This document shows, one piece after another, positions 1-9,567 of a DNA stretch of 64,000 bases (positions are counted from its first letter, which is position 1; the number at the start of each line of letters is the position of its first letter). The position numbers were made by a program, and so were the translations under genes. Location of the stretch: assembly GCA_030754595.1 (NCBI GenBank), contig JASLZZ010000056.1, forward strand, positions 5,733 through 69,732, read 5' to 3'. The notes under the pieces were generated by a model, which saw only the letters and a program-made list of their open reading frames with translations, was not told the origin of the DNA and ran no database searches. This DNA is from Nitrospinota bacterium. GTDB taxonomy: Bacteria; UBA8248.

Positions 1-33
1 CCCCGGCGCTATCCGCCGGCTCGTGGTCCAGGG

Positions 34-1122
34 TCACTTGGGTTTTCGGAAGGCAGGAAATCTATCCCGCGCATCATCTTCGTTATCTATGAGTTTCACA
101 AGGTCAACCGCCGCCGCGCGAACCCGGCGTATCAGGGGTGAATTCATACCCGGCTTCGCGCCGACCGAGGCGGCCCCCCGCCGCGCCGCCTCGGTGTTAC
201 CCAGCCGGTAGTCGCAGCGCACGACGCGCCACTCGGCGTAATCCGCGAAAAGCGCCTCGACCCGACCCTTCGTGCGTATGAAGCGCCGGCGGAGGCGTCC
301 GAACATCGCTCTCGCCCGCTTGAAGTCCTCGCGGATGAAATAGCCCTCGGCGCGGGCGAACAGATAATGAGGCTGGCCGGGATAGTCCGCGATGATCCCG
401 TCGATCAGCCGGCCGGCCTCCTCGTATTGTTTTTCCGCGTAGAGCGAGTAGACCAGCTCAATTCGCGCCAGGTCGCGGAGCCACCCTCCCCCCCAGGCCG
501 CGCGGCGCATGAATGCGAGACCCTTCTCCCCCGTGTCGCCGAGGAGGGGCGCAAGCTGCCTGAGCCATTTCGCGCGCACGCGCCAGAAATAATAAAGCCC
601 CAGCCCGTAGTAGGCGTCCTCCAGACCCGGGTCGAGCGCGACGGCCCGCTCGAGATATCTTTTCGATCTCCGGCTCCTGACGAACGCGCGGACATAGCTC
701 TTCCGGCGGGCGGCGTCCATCCCGAGCAACCCCATCGTGAGCCCGGCGATAAGGTGAGCCTCCGCATCGGCGGGGGTCGCTTTGATCCGTTCCTCGGAGA
801 GCGCCAGGGACCGGGAAATGTTTCGGTCAAAACCCGCGCGGTAGGCGGCATCGTCGAAATGCCCGGCCAGGATGTTGTAGACCGATGCGAGGAAAAAATA
901 ACCCGCCGCTTCACCCGGGGCTTTCTTCACCATGCCCGCGAAAAGGCGAATGGCCTCGCCGTAGCGCCCGGCGGCGGTCGCCCGCAGGCCTCGCCCGAGA
1001 GACTCCCCGGAGCGGGTGGCGGCCGGGACACCCGGGACGACCGGTGCGGCCGAGGCGGCCGGTGCGACCGGGGCGGCGAGCGCAATGAAAACCGCGATAG
1101 CCGGCATTACTGCGTAGCGCAT
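34..1122 (-). CDS. Exported tetratricopeptide-repeat (TPR) protein
   Basis: ATG at 1122 with AGGGAG RBS; hydrophobic signal-like N-terminus MRYAVMPAIAVFIALAAP; TPR-like segments (YLERAVALDPGLEDAYYGLGLYY, YLFARAEGYF). The ORF-track extension to 1275 overlaps cca and is unlikely. Confidence 0.8.
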   Translation of the reverse strand: MRYAVMPAIAVFIALAAPVAPAASAAPVVPGVPAATRSGESLGRGLRATAAGRYGEAIRLFAGMVKKAPGEAAGYFFLASVYNILAGHFDDAAYRAGFDRNISRSLALSEERIKATPADAEAHLIAGLTMGLLGMDAARRKSYVRAFVRSRRSKRYLERAVALDPGLEDAYYGLGLYYFWRVRAKWLRQLAPLLGDTGEKGLAFMRRAAWGGGWLRDLARIELVYSLYAEKQYEEAGRLIDGIIADYPGQPHYLFARAEGYFIREDFKRARAMFGRLRRRFIRTKGRVEALFADYAEWRVVRCDYRLGNTEAARRGAASVGAKPGMNSPLIRRVRAAAVDLVKLIDNEDDARDRFPAFRKPK

Positions 1123-1295
1123 TGGTTTTTCTCCCTGTGTGCGCCACGCTATCAGAGTGCCCGGGGCGCCATCAACCGATATTTTGGGGATCGCCCGCGT
1201 AACCCGCCGCCCCTCGATGGATGAGGGAGATTCCGCTATCGTTCCCCGGAAAGCGGGGGGCGCTTTGCCCTTCACGCCCGGCGGAGAACAGCTTC

Positions 1296-2642
1296 ATGAC
1301 GGAAATCAGGCCCCCCGGGGGGGCCCTTCAAATATTAGGGAAACTCCGCGACAGCGGTCACCGGGCGCTTCTCGCGGGGGGGTGCGTGCGCGATCACCTC
1401 ATGGGCCTGACGCCCGAGGATTGGGATATCGCCACCGGCGCCGGCCCGGAGGAGATCATGGGCCTCTTCGAGCGCACAGTGCCGGTCGGCGCAAAGTTCG
1501 GCGTCGTCCGCGTCATGGTCGGCGACGCCTCCTTCGAGGTCGCGCAATTTCGCTCCGAGGGACCCTATCTCGACGGCCGCCGCCCGAGCAGCGTCAAGCC
1601 CGCGAACGAAAAAGAGGACGCCCAGCGGCGCGATTTCACCATCAACGGAATATTTTTCGACCCTGTTGCTAACGAGCTCCTCGACTACGTCGGCGGCCGG
1701 GAAGACATCGAGGACCGGCTCATCCGCGCCATCGGCGATCCCCTCGGGCGCTTCGGGGAGGATCACCTGCGGATGCTCCGGGCGGTGCGCTTCGCCGCGC
1801 GGTTCGGCTACGAAATCGAGCTCGAGACCCTCGCCGCCATTTACCGGTGCGCCCCGCAAATCAGCCACACCAGCGCCGAGCGCAAGTACGGCGAACTCAC
1901 GGCGATGCTCACCGGCGGGAGGGCGGACCGTGCTTTCGAGATGCTGCGGGAGACGGGGCTGCTCGCCGAAGTCCTGCCCGAGGTGGCGAAAATGGAGGGG
2001 GTGGCCCAGCCACCCGACGAGCACCCCGAGGGCGATGTGTGGAAGCATACAATCAAGGCCCTGGCCCAGTTAAACGCGCCGGCCCCCGTCCTCGCCTGGG
2101 CGGTTCTTTTACACGATGCCGGTAAACCCGAGACCTTCTCTGAAACCGACCGGATCCGGTTTATCAACCACGCTGAGGCGGGCACGCGAATCGCGGAGGA
2201 AATCTGCGAGCGGTTGAACATGCCGGGCGAGGAGAAGCGCCTCATCCGCGACGTTGTGAAGAGTCACATGAAATTCCTCGATGTGGAAAAAATGCGCGAG
2301 AGTACGCTGAAGCGGTTTTTGCGCGAGCCGTTTTTCGCCGAGCTTCTGGAGCTGCACCGGATCGATCGCCTGGCGAGCCACGGCGACCTCACGGCGCACC
2401 GGTTTTGCCTGGACAAACAGGCCGAATTCGGCGAGGAGGCGCTGAGGCCCGACCGCGTCCTCGACGGGCACACCCTCGCCCGGATGGGATTCGCACCGGG
2501 GCCCCTTTTTCAGGAAATACTCGCCGCGCTCGACGACGAACAACTCGAGGGCCGCGTCCGATCGAGGGAGGAGGCCGAGGCGTTTGTTCGCCGCCGCTTC
2601 GGGGCCCGCCTCGGGCCTGAAGAGGGCGGCAGGCCGGATTGA
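1296..2642 (+). CDS. cca: CCA tRNA nucleotidyltransferase (class II, with HD domain)
   Basis: GGCVRD..DWDIAT, EDAQRRDFTIN, EDHLRMLRAVRF, HD motif LLHDAGK; start moved to ATG 1296 (GGAG upstream). Confidence 0.93.
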   Translation: MTEIRPPGGALQILGKLRDSGHRALLAGGCVRDHLMGLTPEDWDIATGAGPEEIMGLFERTVPVGAKFGVVRVMVGDASFEVAQFRSEGPYLDGRRPSSVKPANEKEDAQRRDFTINGIFFDPVANELLDYVGGREDIEDRLIRAIGDPLGRFGEDHLRMLRAVRFAARFGYEIELETLAAIYRCAPQISHTSAERKYGELTAMLTGGRADRAFEMLRETGLLAEVLPEVAKMEGVAQPPDEHPEGDVWKHTIKALAQLNAPAPVLAWAVLLHDAGKPETFSETDRIRFINHAEAGTRIAEEICERLNMPGEEKRLIRDVVKSHMKFLDVEKMRESTLKRFLREPFFAELLELHRIDRLASHGDLTAHRFCLDKQAEFGEEALRPDRVLDGHTLARMGFAPGPLFQEILAALDDEQLEGRVRSREEAEAFVRRRFGARLGPEEGGRPD

Positions 2643-2672
2643 GGCTGAGGGGGTTTCCCGCCGGCAGGATTC

Positions 2673-2710
2673 GGGGCACCCTGTCGCCCCAGGGTAACCC
2701 TGTCGCCTCG
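2673..2710. repeat. 19-bp imperfect tandem duplication upstream of pyrR
   Basis: GGGGCACCCTGTCGCCCCA followed by GGGTAACCCTGTCGCCTCG. Confidence 0.6.
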
Positions 2711-2763
2711 GAAAACTTTTGCCGCGCTTTTTGAAGCGGAATCTTATTAATCAGGAGAGGCCA

Positions 2764-3315
2764 TTGGCCGCCGAGGGGAGCGGAAGCGCCTTATTGATGA
2801 AGGAGCGGGAGGTGGAACTCGCCCTTCGCCGCATGGCCTCCGAAATTATCGAGAAATGCGCGGGAGACCCCGACCTGGCCGTGATTGGGGTACGCACCCG
2901 CGGGGAGCCTCTCGCCCGGCGGCTGGCCGGTATGCTCGGCGAGATGGAAACAATCGACCCGCCCGTCGGCATCCTCGACATCGGGGTGCACCGCGACGAT
3001 GTGGATCACCCAAGCGGCCAGAAAATTTTCGGCCCAACCGAAATCGAATTCGACCTCGCCGAACGTCAGATCGTCCTAGTGGACGATGTATTCTTCACCG
3101 GGCGCACGGTCCGCGCCGCCCTCGACGCGCTGACCGAGATCGGGCGGCCGCGCCGGGTCTGGCTCGCCATACTAATCGACCGGGGACACCGTGAGCTTCC
3201 CTTCCGGCCCGATTTTGTTGGAAAGAACGTTCCCACAGCACCGGCCGAACGGGTGAACGTCCGCCTCCGGGAGGTGGACGGCGAGGACGGGGTCTGGCTG
3301 ACGAGAAACGCCTAG
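2764..3315 (+). CDS. pyrR: Bifunctional pyr operon regulator / uracil phosphoribosyltransferase PyrR
   Basis: LRRMASEIIE, GVRTRG, VLVDDVFFTGRTVRAALDAL, DRGHRELPFRPDFVGKN; TTG start behind AGGAGAGG. Confidence 0.95.
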   Translation: MAAEGSGSALLMKEREVELALRRMASEIIEKCAGDPDLAVIGVRTRGEPLARRLAGMLGEMETIDPPVGILDIGVHRDDVDHPSGQKIFGPTEIEFDLAERQIVLVDDVFFTGRTVRAALDALTEIGRPRRVWLAILIDRGHRELPFRPDFVGKNVPTAPAERVNVRLREVDGEDGVWLTRNA

Positions 3316-3345
3316 AACTACACATTTCAACGAACGGAGGAAAAA

Positions 3346-3744
3346 ATGTTCACTAAAATTCATCACATCGGAGTCGCCGTGAAGGATATGGACGGGGCCA
3401 TCGCCCTCTACGAGAGCGCGGGGGCGAAGCTGCTCGGACGCGAGCCCTCCGGAGACGGCCGGGTGGACCTCTCCATGCTCGACCTGGGCGGCGACCTGAT
3501 CGAGCCGATCGCGCCCATCGAGGGCGAATCTAGCGTCTCGAGATTCATCGCGAAAAACGGAGAGGGTATCCATCACGTCGCCTACGAGGTGGCCGACATC
3601 AAAGCCGAACTGGCGCGCCTTAAATCCGAGGGGTTCGAACTCATCGACGAGGTTCCGCGGCCCGGCTTCATGGGCCACATCGTCGCCTTCATCAAACCCG
3701 GCAGCACGATGGGAACGCTCTGGGAGCTGGTGGAGGCGGAGTAG
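3346..3744 (+). CDS. mce: Methylmalonyl-CoA epimerase (VOC family)
   Basis: KIHHIGVAV, FIAKNGEGIHHVAYEV, GTLWELVE; GGAGG RBS. Confidence 0.85.
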   Translation: MFTKIHHIGVAVKDMDGAIALYESAGAKLLGREPSGDGRVDLSMLDLGGDLIEPIAPIEGESSVSRFIAKNGEGIHHVAYEVADIKAELARLKSEGFELIDEVPRPGFMGHIVAFIKPGSTMGTLWELVEAE

Positions 3745-3746
3745 CG

Positions 3747-4556
3747 CTACCGCCTTCCGGGCGCCTTGGGCGGCTTGGCCGGCATCTCGAGAATCGGGAC
3801 AACGTGATCGCCCGTGACCGTCCTTCCGCTCCGGCGGCGGCTGATCCCCCATCCCTTGAGGCGGAAGGTACGGCCCGGCCTCGTCTTCGGCGGGATTTCG
3901 ACGTGGGCGGCCCCCCGCACCGTAAAAACCCGAACGGTTCCCCCGTCGACCAGACGAAACCGGGGGACGCGGACCTCGCTGTGCACATTGAGCCCCCGCC
4001 GTTCGAGGGCGGGATGACGCGCCGAGGTCATCTTGAGGAAAAGATCCCCCGGCCTTCCTCCGGCGCCGCCGGGAGCCCCCTCGGCCGGGACGCGGACCTC
4101 CTCGCCATCCTCGATTCCGGAGGGGATGATGGCCCGGACGACCGCCCCCTCCCCGCCGCCGCAGCCCGGGCAGACGAAGGGGCGCTCAATCTGAACGCTC
4201 ACCTCACCGCCGGCGGCGGCTTCGAGAAAATCCAACCGGATATCGTAATGAAGATCGCGTCCCCGCCGGGGGGGCTCGCCGGGATGATGGGAATCCCCGT
4301 CCGATGCCTCGGACCTCAGCGCTTCGTAGGCTTCGACGATCTCCTCGAAGCGCGCCTCCATCTCGGGCCGGCCCGCGTGCCGATCGGGGTGGAACTCGAA
4401 CGTCAACCGCCGGTAGGCGTGGTGAATATCCTCAGCGACCGCGGCCGGAGAAAGGCCCAGAATATCGAGCGCCCATTCCCTGGAATCCCGCTTTCCTTCG
4501 GGAGATATTTTCCACCTCCGGGCGGCGCAAAAAGCGCCGCTCCTATCTTTGTCCAA
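3747..4556 (-). CDS. DnaJ-family J-domain protein with reduced zinc finger
   Basis: J domain with HPD (FEFHPDRH), GRDLHYDIRLDFLEAA, one CPGCGGG, IPSGIEDG, GDLFL and HP C-terminal domain motifs; start codon uncertain. Confidence 0.85.
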   Translation of the reverse strand: MDKDRSGAFCAARRWKISPEGKRDSREWALDILGLSPAAVAEDIHHAYRRLTFEFHPDRHAGRPEMEARFEEIVEAYEALRSEASDGDSHHPGEPPRRGRDLHYDIRLDFLEAAAGGEVSVQIERPFVCPGCGGGEGAVVRAIIPSGIEDGEEVRVPAEGAPGGAGGRPGDLFLKMTSARHPALERRGLNVHSEVRVPRFRLVDGGTVRVFTVRGAAHVEIPPKTRPGRTFRLKGWGISRRRSGRTVTGDHVVPILEMPAKPPKAPGRR

Positions 4557-4634
4557 CTGGCGCGAAACGCGCCGCTCCTATTTTTGTCTTTGAACCGCCG
4601 GAGAGCAAACCAGGGAGAATGACTTCACAGCGCC

Positions 4635-5510
4635 TCAGGGCGCGTTCGTCACGATCAGAACCACGCCGATGAGCAGAGTGACGGCGCCCGTCCATTTTTG
4701 CCAGGTCAGGACTTCCTCGTCCCGGAGCCAGATTCGTGTAAAGACCAGTGCGAACAGCGGAGCGGCGTATCCGATCGGAACGACAATCGAAACGGGTCCG
4801 AACTGAAACGCCGAGAAGAAAACGAGAAACGAGAACGAGTTCAGCAGGCCAGTGAGAATCATCATCTTGTATCCCCCGGTCTCGACCCGCCACCGCTCCT
4901 CCGGCGGGAGAAACGGCAGGAAAAGAAAAAAAGCGGGGATCGACGCGAGACTCGCGATGATGATGCCGATCATGATGTCCGGCATCACCAGAAGCGAGTA
5001 CCGCCGGGTGGTCGAAGCAAATGCCATGACCAGCGAATGCGCGAAGGGCAGGAGAAGGTGAATCCTTCGCCAGTCCTTGTCGCCCTCGGGCTTGAGCGCG
5101 ATCAAAAAACACCCGGACACCACCAGCGCGGTCGCCCCGAAAATGACCGGAGCCGGCTGCTCGCCCAACCAGACGACCGCCACGACAGTCGATATGAACG
5201 GCGTCACCGTAATCAGGGGCATCGCCCGTCCGACTCCGATATAGCGGATGCTCAGATAAACCAGGGGCCGGGCGAGGCCAGGCGCCAGAAAACCGGTCAG
5301 AGAAAACCAGAGGGCGGCCTCGAGGGTGAGTTTTTCCCAATCGGAGAGATAAAAGGACAAGGCCACCATAAACGGAAGACCGACGATGACCGATATCAAC
5401 GAGGCCGAGAAGGCGCTGCCCATGTTCATGGCCTTCCGGGCCATAACGCTGAACGCGCCGAACGTTGATGCCGCACAAAGGGCCAATCCTATGGCGAAAT
5501 AGGTATTCAA
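4635..5510 (-). CDS. DMT/EamA family transporter
   Basis: About 10 hydrophobic helices in two repeats; VVWLGE and IWLRDEE EamA signatures. Confidence 0.88.
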   Translation of the reverse strand: MNTYFAIGLALCAASTFGAFSVMARKAMNMGSAFSASLISVIVGLPFMVALSFYLSDWEKLTLEAALWFSLTGFLAPGLARPLVYLSIRYIGVGRAMPLITVTPFISTVVAVVWLGEQPAPVIFGATALVVSGCFLIALKPEGDKDWRRIHLLLPFAHSLVMAFASTTRRYSLLVMPDIMIGIIIASLASIPAFFLFLPFLPPEERWRVETGGYKMMILTGLLNSFSFLVFFSAFQFGPVSIVVPIGYAAPLFALVFTRIWLRDEEVLTWQKWTGAVTLLIGVVLIVTNAP

Positions 5511-5597
5511 TCTGGGCCTCGTCGGGTTTTGACAAAACTCCCGGACGGGCCTTGAGCGGCCCGCCCGGGAGGGTCGGAGCGATAATCGTGGAGTTTA

Positions 5598-6821
5598 TTA
5601 AAAGTAGGTTTGCCCGGGTCCCACCGTCGGAGTCCATTCGCAGTCGCCGAAGGGGCCCTCTCCGTTTTCCGTGATGTAGGCGATCCGGTCGTCATTCACA
5701 TTTCCGTCGAACAAGGCGCGGTGGAGCCAATCCACGATGTATTGATGGTGGTCCAGGCCGGCCAGATTCTTCAGCTTCACCAGCGGGTGGAACTGATTCT
5801 CGAAGACCCACATTTCTTTCTTGCAGGTCAGATCCCCATATACCTCGATGGCGTCCTCGAGCGGGCAAAGCGGGTCGAACTCGCCCGTGGCGAGCAGCGT
5901 CGGGCACTGGACCTTGTCCATATATCCCTTGACCGTCATGTTTTTCGCCATCTCGTTGAACTCTTCCTCATCGTTCATCCCCGCCATGTACATGAAAACC
6001 TGCTTAAAGCGCGGAGACGACTGCGTGAAGATCGTGTTGTTCGGATAGAAGCAGGCCACCGCGCTCGCCAACGCCGCGATCCGGTGGTCGTAGCTCGCCA
6101 GGCGAAGCGACCAGAAACTTCCCATGCTGATTCCGTAGATGGCGATCTTCGAGGGCTCGATCTCCTCGCGGCCCAGAAGGTAATCGATGACCGCCGCCCC
6201 GGCGCGTTCGTAATTGTCCCCGACGGCGCGAATTTTTTGAATATTCGAATCCCCCTGGCCGGGGCCGTCCATAGCTATCACGTGAAAACCCCTTTCGGCG
6301 GCGACGTTGAGCCGCGCCCAGGGGAAAACCTCCTTGGACTGGTCCATTCCCGGAACGTAGATGATGCACGGCGCCTTACGCCGGTCGGGAAGCAGGTGAA
6401 GAAGGCATGAGATCGACTTCCCGTCGTCGAAGGGGACCTGTACGCGCTCGATGGGATAGGAAGCGCACTCCGAGCGGCGATCCACCATCTCGTTCATCTT
6501 GTCGCAGAGATAGATTTTCACGGGGTTGTCATCGTAGAAAATCGGGTGCTGCGCCATTCGGTAGGACTCGATGGCGTGGTCGTAGTGCTCGGTGGCCGTC
6601 TGAGGGAAACCTTCGGCCTGCGCCTTCTTGGCGAGTTTTTCGTGAAACTCGGCCGCCTCGCGCCAGACCTTGGGGAGCATCTGATAGTTGTGGGCCCGCT
6701 TCCCTCCGGGGAGTTCGAGGTAGTCGCGCTCGAAGTTTTGAACGCGGCCGCGCATGTTAAGGGCCAGATCGAGCATCCACTGTTGGTTGTCGCGTTCTGT
6801 TCTCAGCTTCTTGATTGTCAT
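5598..6821 (-). CDS. Alpha/beta hydrolase (2,6-dihydroxypseudooxynicotine hydrolase / FrsA-like)
   Basis: PGMDQSKE, DGPGQG, nucleophile elbow GISMG, GEFDPLCP, C-terminal His; AGGAG RBS. Confidence 0.85.
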   Translation of the reverse strand: MTIKKLRTERDNQQWMLDLALNMRGRVQNFERDYLELPGGKRAHNYQMLPKVWREAAEFHEKLAKKAQAEGFPQTATEHYDHAIESYRMAQHPIFYDDNPVKIYLCDKMNEMVDRRSECASYPIERVQVPFDDGKSISCLLHLLPDRRKAPCIIYVPGMDQSKEVFPWARLNVAAERGFHVIAMDGPGQGDSNIQKIRAVGDNYERAGAAVIDYLLGREEIEPSKIAIYGISMGSFWSLRLASYDHRIAALASAVACFYPNNTIFTQSSPRFKQVFMYMAGMNDEEEFNEMAKNMTVKGYMDKVQCPTLLATGEFDPLCPLEDAIEVYGDLTCKKEMWVFENQFHPLVKLKNLAGLDHHQYIVDWLHRALFDGNVNDDRIAYITENGEGPFGDCEWTPTVGPGQTYF

Positions 6822-6965
6822 TTTTTCTCCTTAATCGCATCGCCGGCAAATGGGCCGGAAATAAAATAAAAAACGATTCCTTTTCGACTAAAACTGATGG
6901 GGATCAGCTCAATGGTACGGCTACGCTTTTGAGAGATCAACGAAGACAGTGATTCGGCGAATGCT

Positions 6966-8135
6966 CTAAAAAACCACTTCGCTCTCGCGGAGGCCGGCGA
7001 TTTCATCGGCGCCGTATCCCTCGCCGGAGAGGATTTCATCGGTGTGCTCGCCCAGCAGCGGCGGGGCCCCCTCCCGGGTGGAAGACGCCTCGAGGCGGTA
7101 GGGAGCGCCCATCATCCGCAGGGTCCCGAGCTCCGGGTGGACCGCCTGGGTCAAAAAACCCATGGCCCGCATCTGATCGTCCTCGAGCAGGGCCGAGGGC
7201 GGTCGCACCAACGCGCTGGGGACACCGACCTCCTCGAACAGCTCGATCCACTCGTCGGCGGGCTTGGTCAACAATACCTCCTGGACCTCGGCGATGATTC
7301 GCTCCCGTTCGGCGTGGCGCCCGAGGTGAGTCGCGTAGCGGGGATCGCGCTTCAGTTCCTCCAGGCCCAGAACATCCAGGCCCCGCTCCCAAAAACCATC
7401 GGCATCCAGATAAAGGTAGAATTGCCCGTCGGCCGAGTCGTAGATTCGCGCGATTCTATCGTTCAGGGCGTCCCGGACTTCATCGATCGGCTCGCGGTCC
7501 GAGGCCCAGACAAGCCGCCCGGCCTGCATGGCGGCGGCGCTCCCGAGCAGGGAGGTGTCAATATACTGGCCCCGGCCGGTGCGGTTGCGCTCGAAGAGGG
7601 CCATCATCACGGCCCCGATGGTCAAAGAGCCGGTGAAATAATCCACGAAGTGCCCCTGAACGAGGCGCGGCTCGCCATTTTCGGCCTGCTGGGAGGGGAT
7701 GCCCGCGTGGGTCTGAAGAATGGGGTCAAGCCCGCGGCGTTCGCGGAGAGGGCCCTTCTGACCGTAGGCGGAGACCGAGGCATAGACCAGCCGCGGATTT
7801 TCGGCGGAAAGCGACTCGTAGCCGAGCCCGAGATTTTCGGCGACGCCGGGGCGGTTTCCCTCGATGAAGACATCCGCTCTTCTGGCCATACGCCGGACGA
7901 TTTCCTGTCCCTGCTCCTTCTTGAGATCGATGGCCAGGCTTTGCTTGCCCCGGTTCAGGCCGAGGAACAGGCGGCTGCCGCCCTCGAGCGTCGAGGGAAA
8001 GCGGCGAATCGTGTCGCCGCCGGGCGGCTCGATTTTCACCACGTCCGCTCCCGCGTCCGAGAGGGCGAGCGTGGCGAACGGTCCCGCCACATAGCGGGTC
8101 AAATCGAGAACGAGAATTCCCTCCAGTGCGCCCAC
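6966..8135 (-). CDS. CoA transferase family III (CaiB/BaiF)
   Basis: LEGILVLDLTRYVAGP, GADVVKIEPP, NRGKQSLAIDLK, DVFIEGNRPG, catalytic Asp in FVDYFTG, PPLLGEHT. Confidence 0.93.
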   Translation of the reverse strand: MGALEGILVLDLTRYVAGPFATLALSDAGADVVKIEPPGGDTIRRFPSTLEGGSRLFLGLNRGKQSLAIDLKKEQGQEIVRRMARRADVFIEGNRPGVAENLGLGYESLSAENPRLVYASVSAYGQKGPLRERRGLDPILQTHAGIPSQQAENGEPRLVQGHFVDYFTGSLTIGAVMMALFERNRTGRGQYIDTSLLGSAAAMQAGRLVWASDREPIDEVRDALNDRIARIYDSADGQFYLYLDADGFWERGLDVLGLEELKRDPRYATHLGRHAERERIIAEVQEVLLTKPADEWIELFEEVGVPSALVRPPSALLEDDQMRAMGFLTQAVHPELGTLRMMGAPYRLEASSTREGAPPLLGEHTDEILSGEGYGADEIAGLRESEVVF

Positions 8136-8150
8136 GGCGCCCCCTCCATA

Positions 8151-9125
8151 CTACACCTTCAGAACGATCTTTCCCGGCACCTTGCCTGTTATCAAGACTT
8201 CATGGGCGCGGGCCGCCTCGGCAATCGGAATCACCTCGCCAACGAGCGGGCGGACCTTTCCGGTCTCCAGAAGATGGTTCACCTGCCGGAGCATGTCGGA
8301 GAACACCGAATCGGCGTTGAACAGGCTCATCCCGCGAACATCGATGTCCTTCGAGTAAAAAGGCGGGTAAGTGACCGAGCCGACCGGATTTTTCCCCGTC
8401 CCGGCGCCCAAGAGAACCAGTTTCCCCTCCTTTTTAAGGGCGCGGCAGCTTCCGTCGAAATTCTCGGCCGAAACCATCTCAATGACCGAATCAACCCCAT
8501 TCCCGCCGGTCTCCGCCGCGCATCTTTCGGCAAAATCCTCCTCCCGGTAGTTCACGACGACATCCGCTCCCAGCGAGGAGGCGACATCGGCCTTCTCCTT
8601 CGAACTCACGGTCGTGATGACCCGGGCGCCGGCTGCTTTCGCGATCTGGATCGCCATCGAGCCCACGCCACCCGCTCCGGCGTGGACGAGAACCGTCTGT
8701 CCCGGCTGAACTCCGGCCTTGACGACGAGAGCGTAGAACGCGGTGTAGAGCACCACCGGGAACGAGGCGCAATCCTCGAACGAGAGGTTTGAGGGGATAT
8801 GCGCTGTGCGGAGACCGTTCAACCCTGACCTTTCGGCGTAGCTCCCGGTCATCGCCGCGCCGAATACGCGGTCCCCCGGTTTGAAACCTTCGACGCCCGC
8901 GCCCACCTCGACGACCTCGCCGGCCGCGTCGATCCCAGGCGTCCAGGGGAGCTCGAGGGACTTTGATAGAGGATGGGCGCCCGAGCGGAATGTCGTGTCC
9001 ACAGGGTTCACTCCGGCCGCCCGCACTTCGATGAGCACCTGGCCCGGCCCGGTCGAAAGGTCCTCGGCTTCCTCGTATTTCATCACCTCCGGGCCGCCAA
9101 ATTCGTGAACATGTATCGCTTTCAT
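8151..9125 (-). CDS. NADPH:quinone oxidoreductase (MDR, zeta-crystallin type)
   Basis: MKAIHVHEFGGPEVM, AAGVNPVD, VLVHAGAGGVG, GKIVL. Confidence 0.92.
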   Translation of the reverse strand: MKAIHVHEFGGPEVMKYEEAEDLSTGPGQVLIEVRAAGVNPVDTTFRSGAHPLSKSLELPWTPGIDAAGEVVEVGAGVEGFKPGDRVFGAAMTGSYAERSGLNGLRTAHIPSNLSFEDCASFPVVLYTAFYALVVKAGVQPGQTVLVHAGAGGVGSMAIQIAKAAGARVITTVSSKEKADVASSLGADVVVNYREEDFAERCAAETGGNGVDSVIEMVSAENFDGSCRALKKEGKLVLLGAGTGKNPVGSVTYPPFYSKDIDVRGMSLFNADSVFSDMLRQVNHLLETGKVRPLVGEVIPIAEAARAHEVLITGKVPGKIVLKV

Positions 9126-9348
9126 TGAGCCTCCCTCCCGGAATCGCCCCTTCTGCGGCGGGCGCTTCGAAAATAGATTAAAACTCCAATAATGGGGCCG
9201 GTTCCGGACAAGCGGAATACGAAGCCCCCGGCCCGCCGTGATTTCGTGAATCGAGATACCCCCCTTACCACAATCCGGCGGGGGGTGCCCAGCCGCGTAA
9301 AGGGGTGGGCGCGATCATTTCGCCTCAAAGCGGGATCAAAAGTCTATC

Positions 9349-9376
9349 TTGACATTCATTTCGAGGAAGGGATAAT
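9349..9376 (+). promoter_or_regulatory. Sigma-70-like promoter for the TAXI-TRAP operon
   Basis: TTGACA-N16-GATAAT about 190 bp upstream of the TAXI start. Confidence 0.55.
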
Positions 9377-9378
9377 AG

Positions 9379-9392
9379 CTCCAATAATTGGA
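9379..9392. promoter_or_regulatory. Operator-like palindrome, with a near-copy at 9184-9197
   Basis: TCCAAT-A-ATTGGA immediately after the -10; CTCCAATAATGGGG near the divergent quinone reductase gene. Confidence 0.45.
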
Positions 9393-9567
9393 AATGGAAT
9401 AAGAAAGAAATTGCCCTCTGGAATTTTCGGGGTCAAAGCAGTTGTTTTTTTTACGAAATTCATCACCCCTCGTTCCGGTTCACACAGCGCCGGCTGCCCG
9501 CCTTCATGAGTCCAGAGTGCGGTGCACGACGGCATGGATGTAAATCTCTCTCCAGGAGGATTGTCTG

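Noticed and set aside
2741-2763. PyrR-binding attenuator RNA upstream of pyrR
   Set aside because: TTAATCAGGAGAGG only loosely resembles the PyrR loop, doubles as the RBS, and no terminator/antiterminator pair is visible.
7044-8792. Long plus-strand ORF (582 aa) and similar long overlapping ORFs (for example 15440-16876, 21318-22733, 47716-49035)
   Set aside because: Antisense or alternate-frame shadows of well-supported genes, expected at high GC; no motifs.
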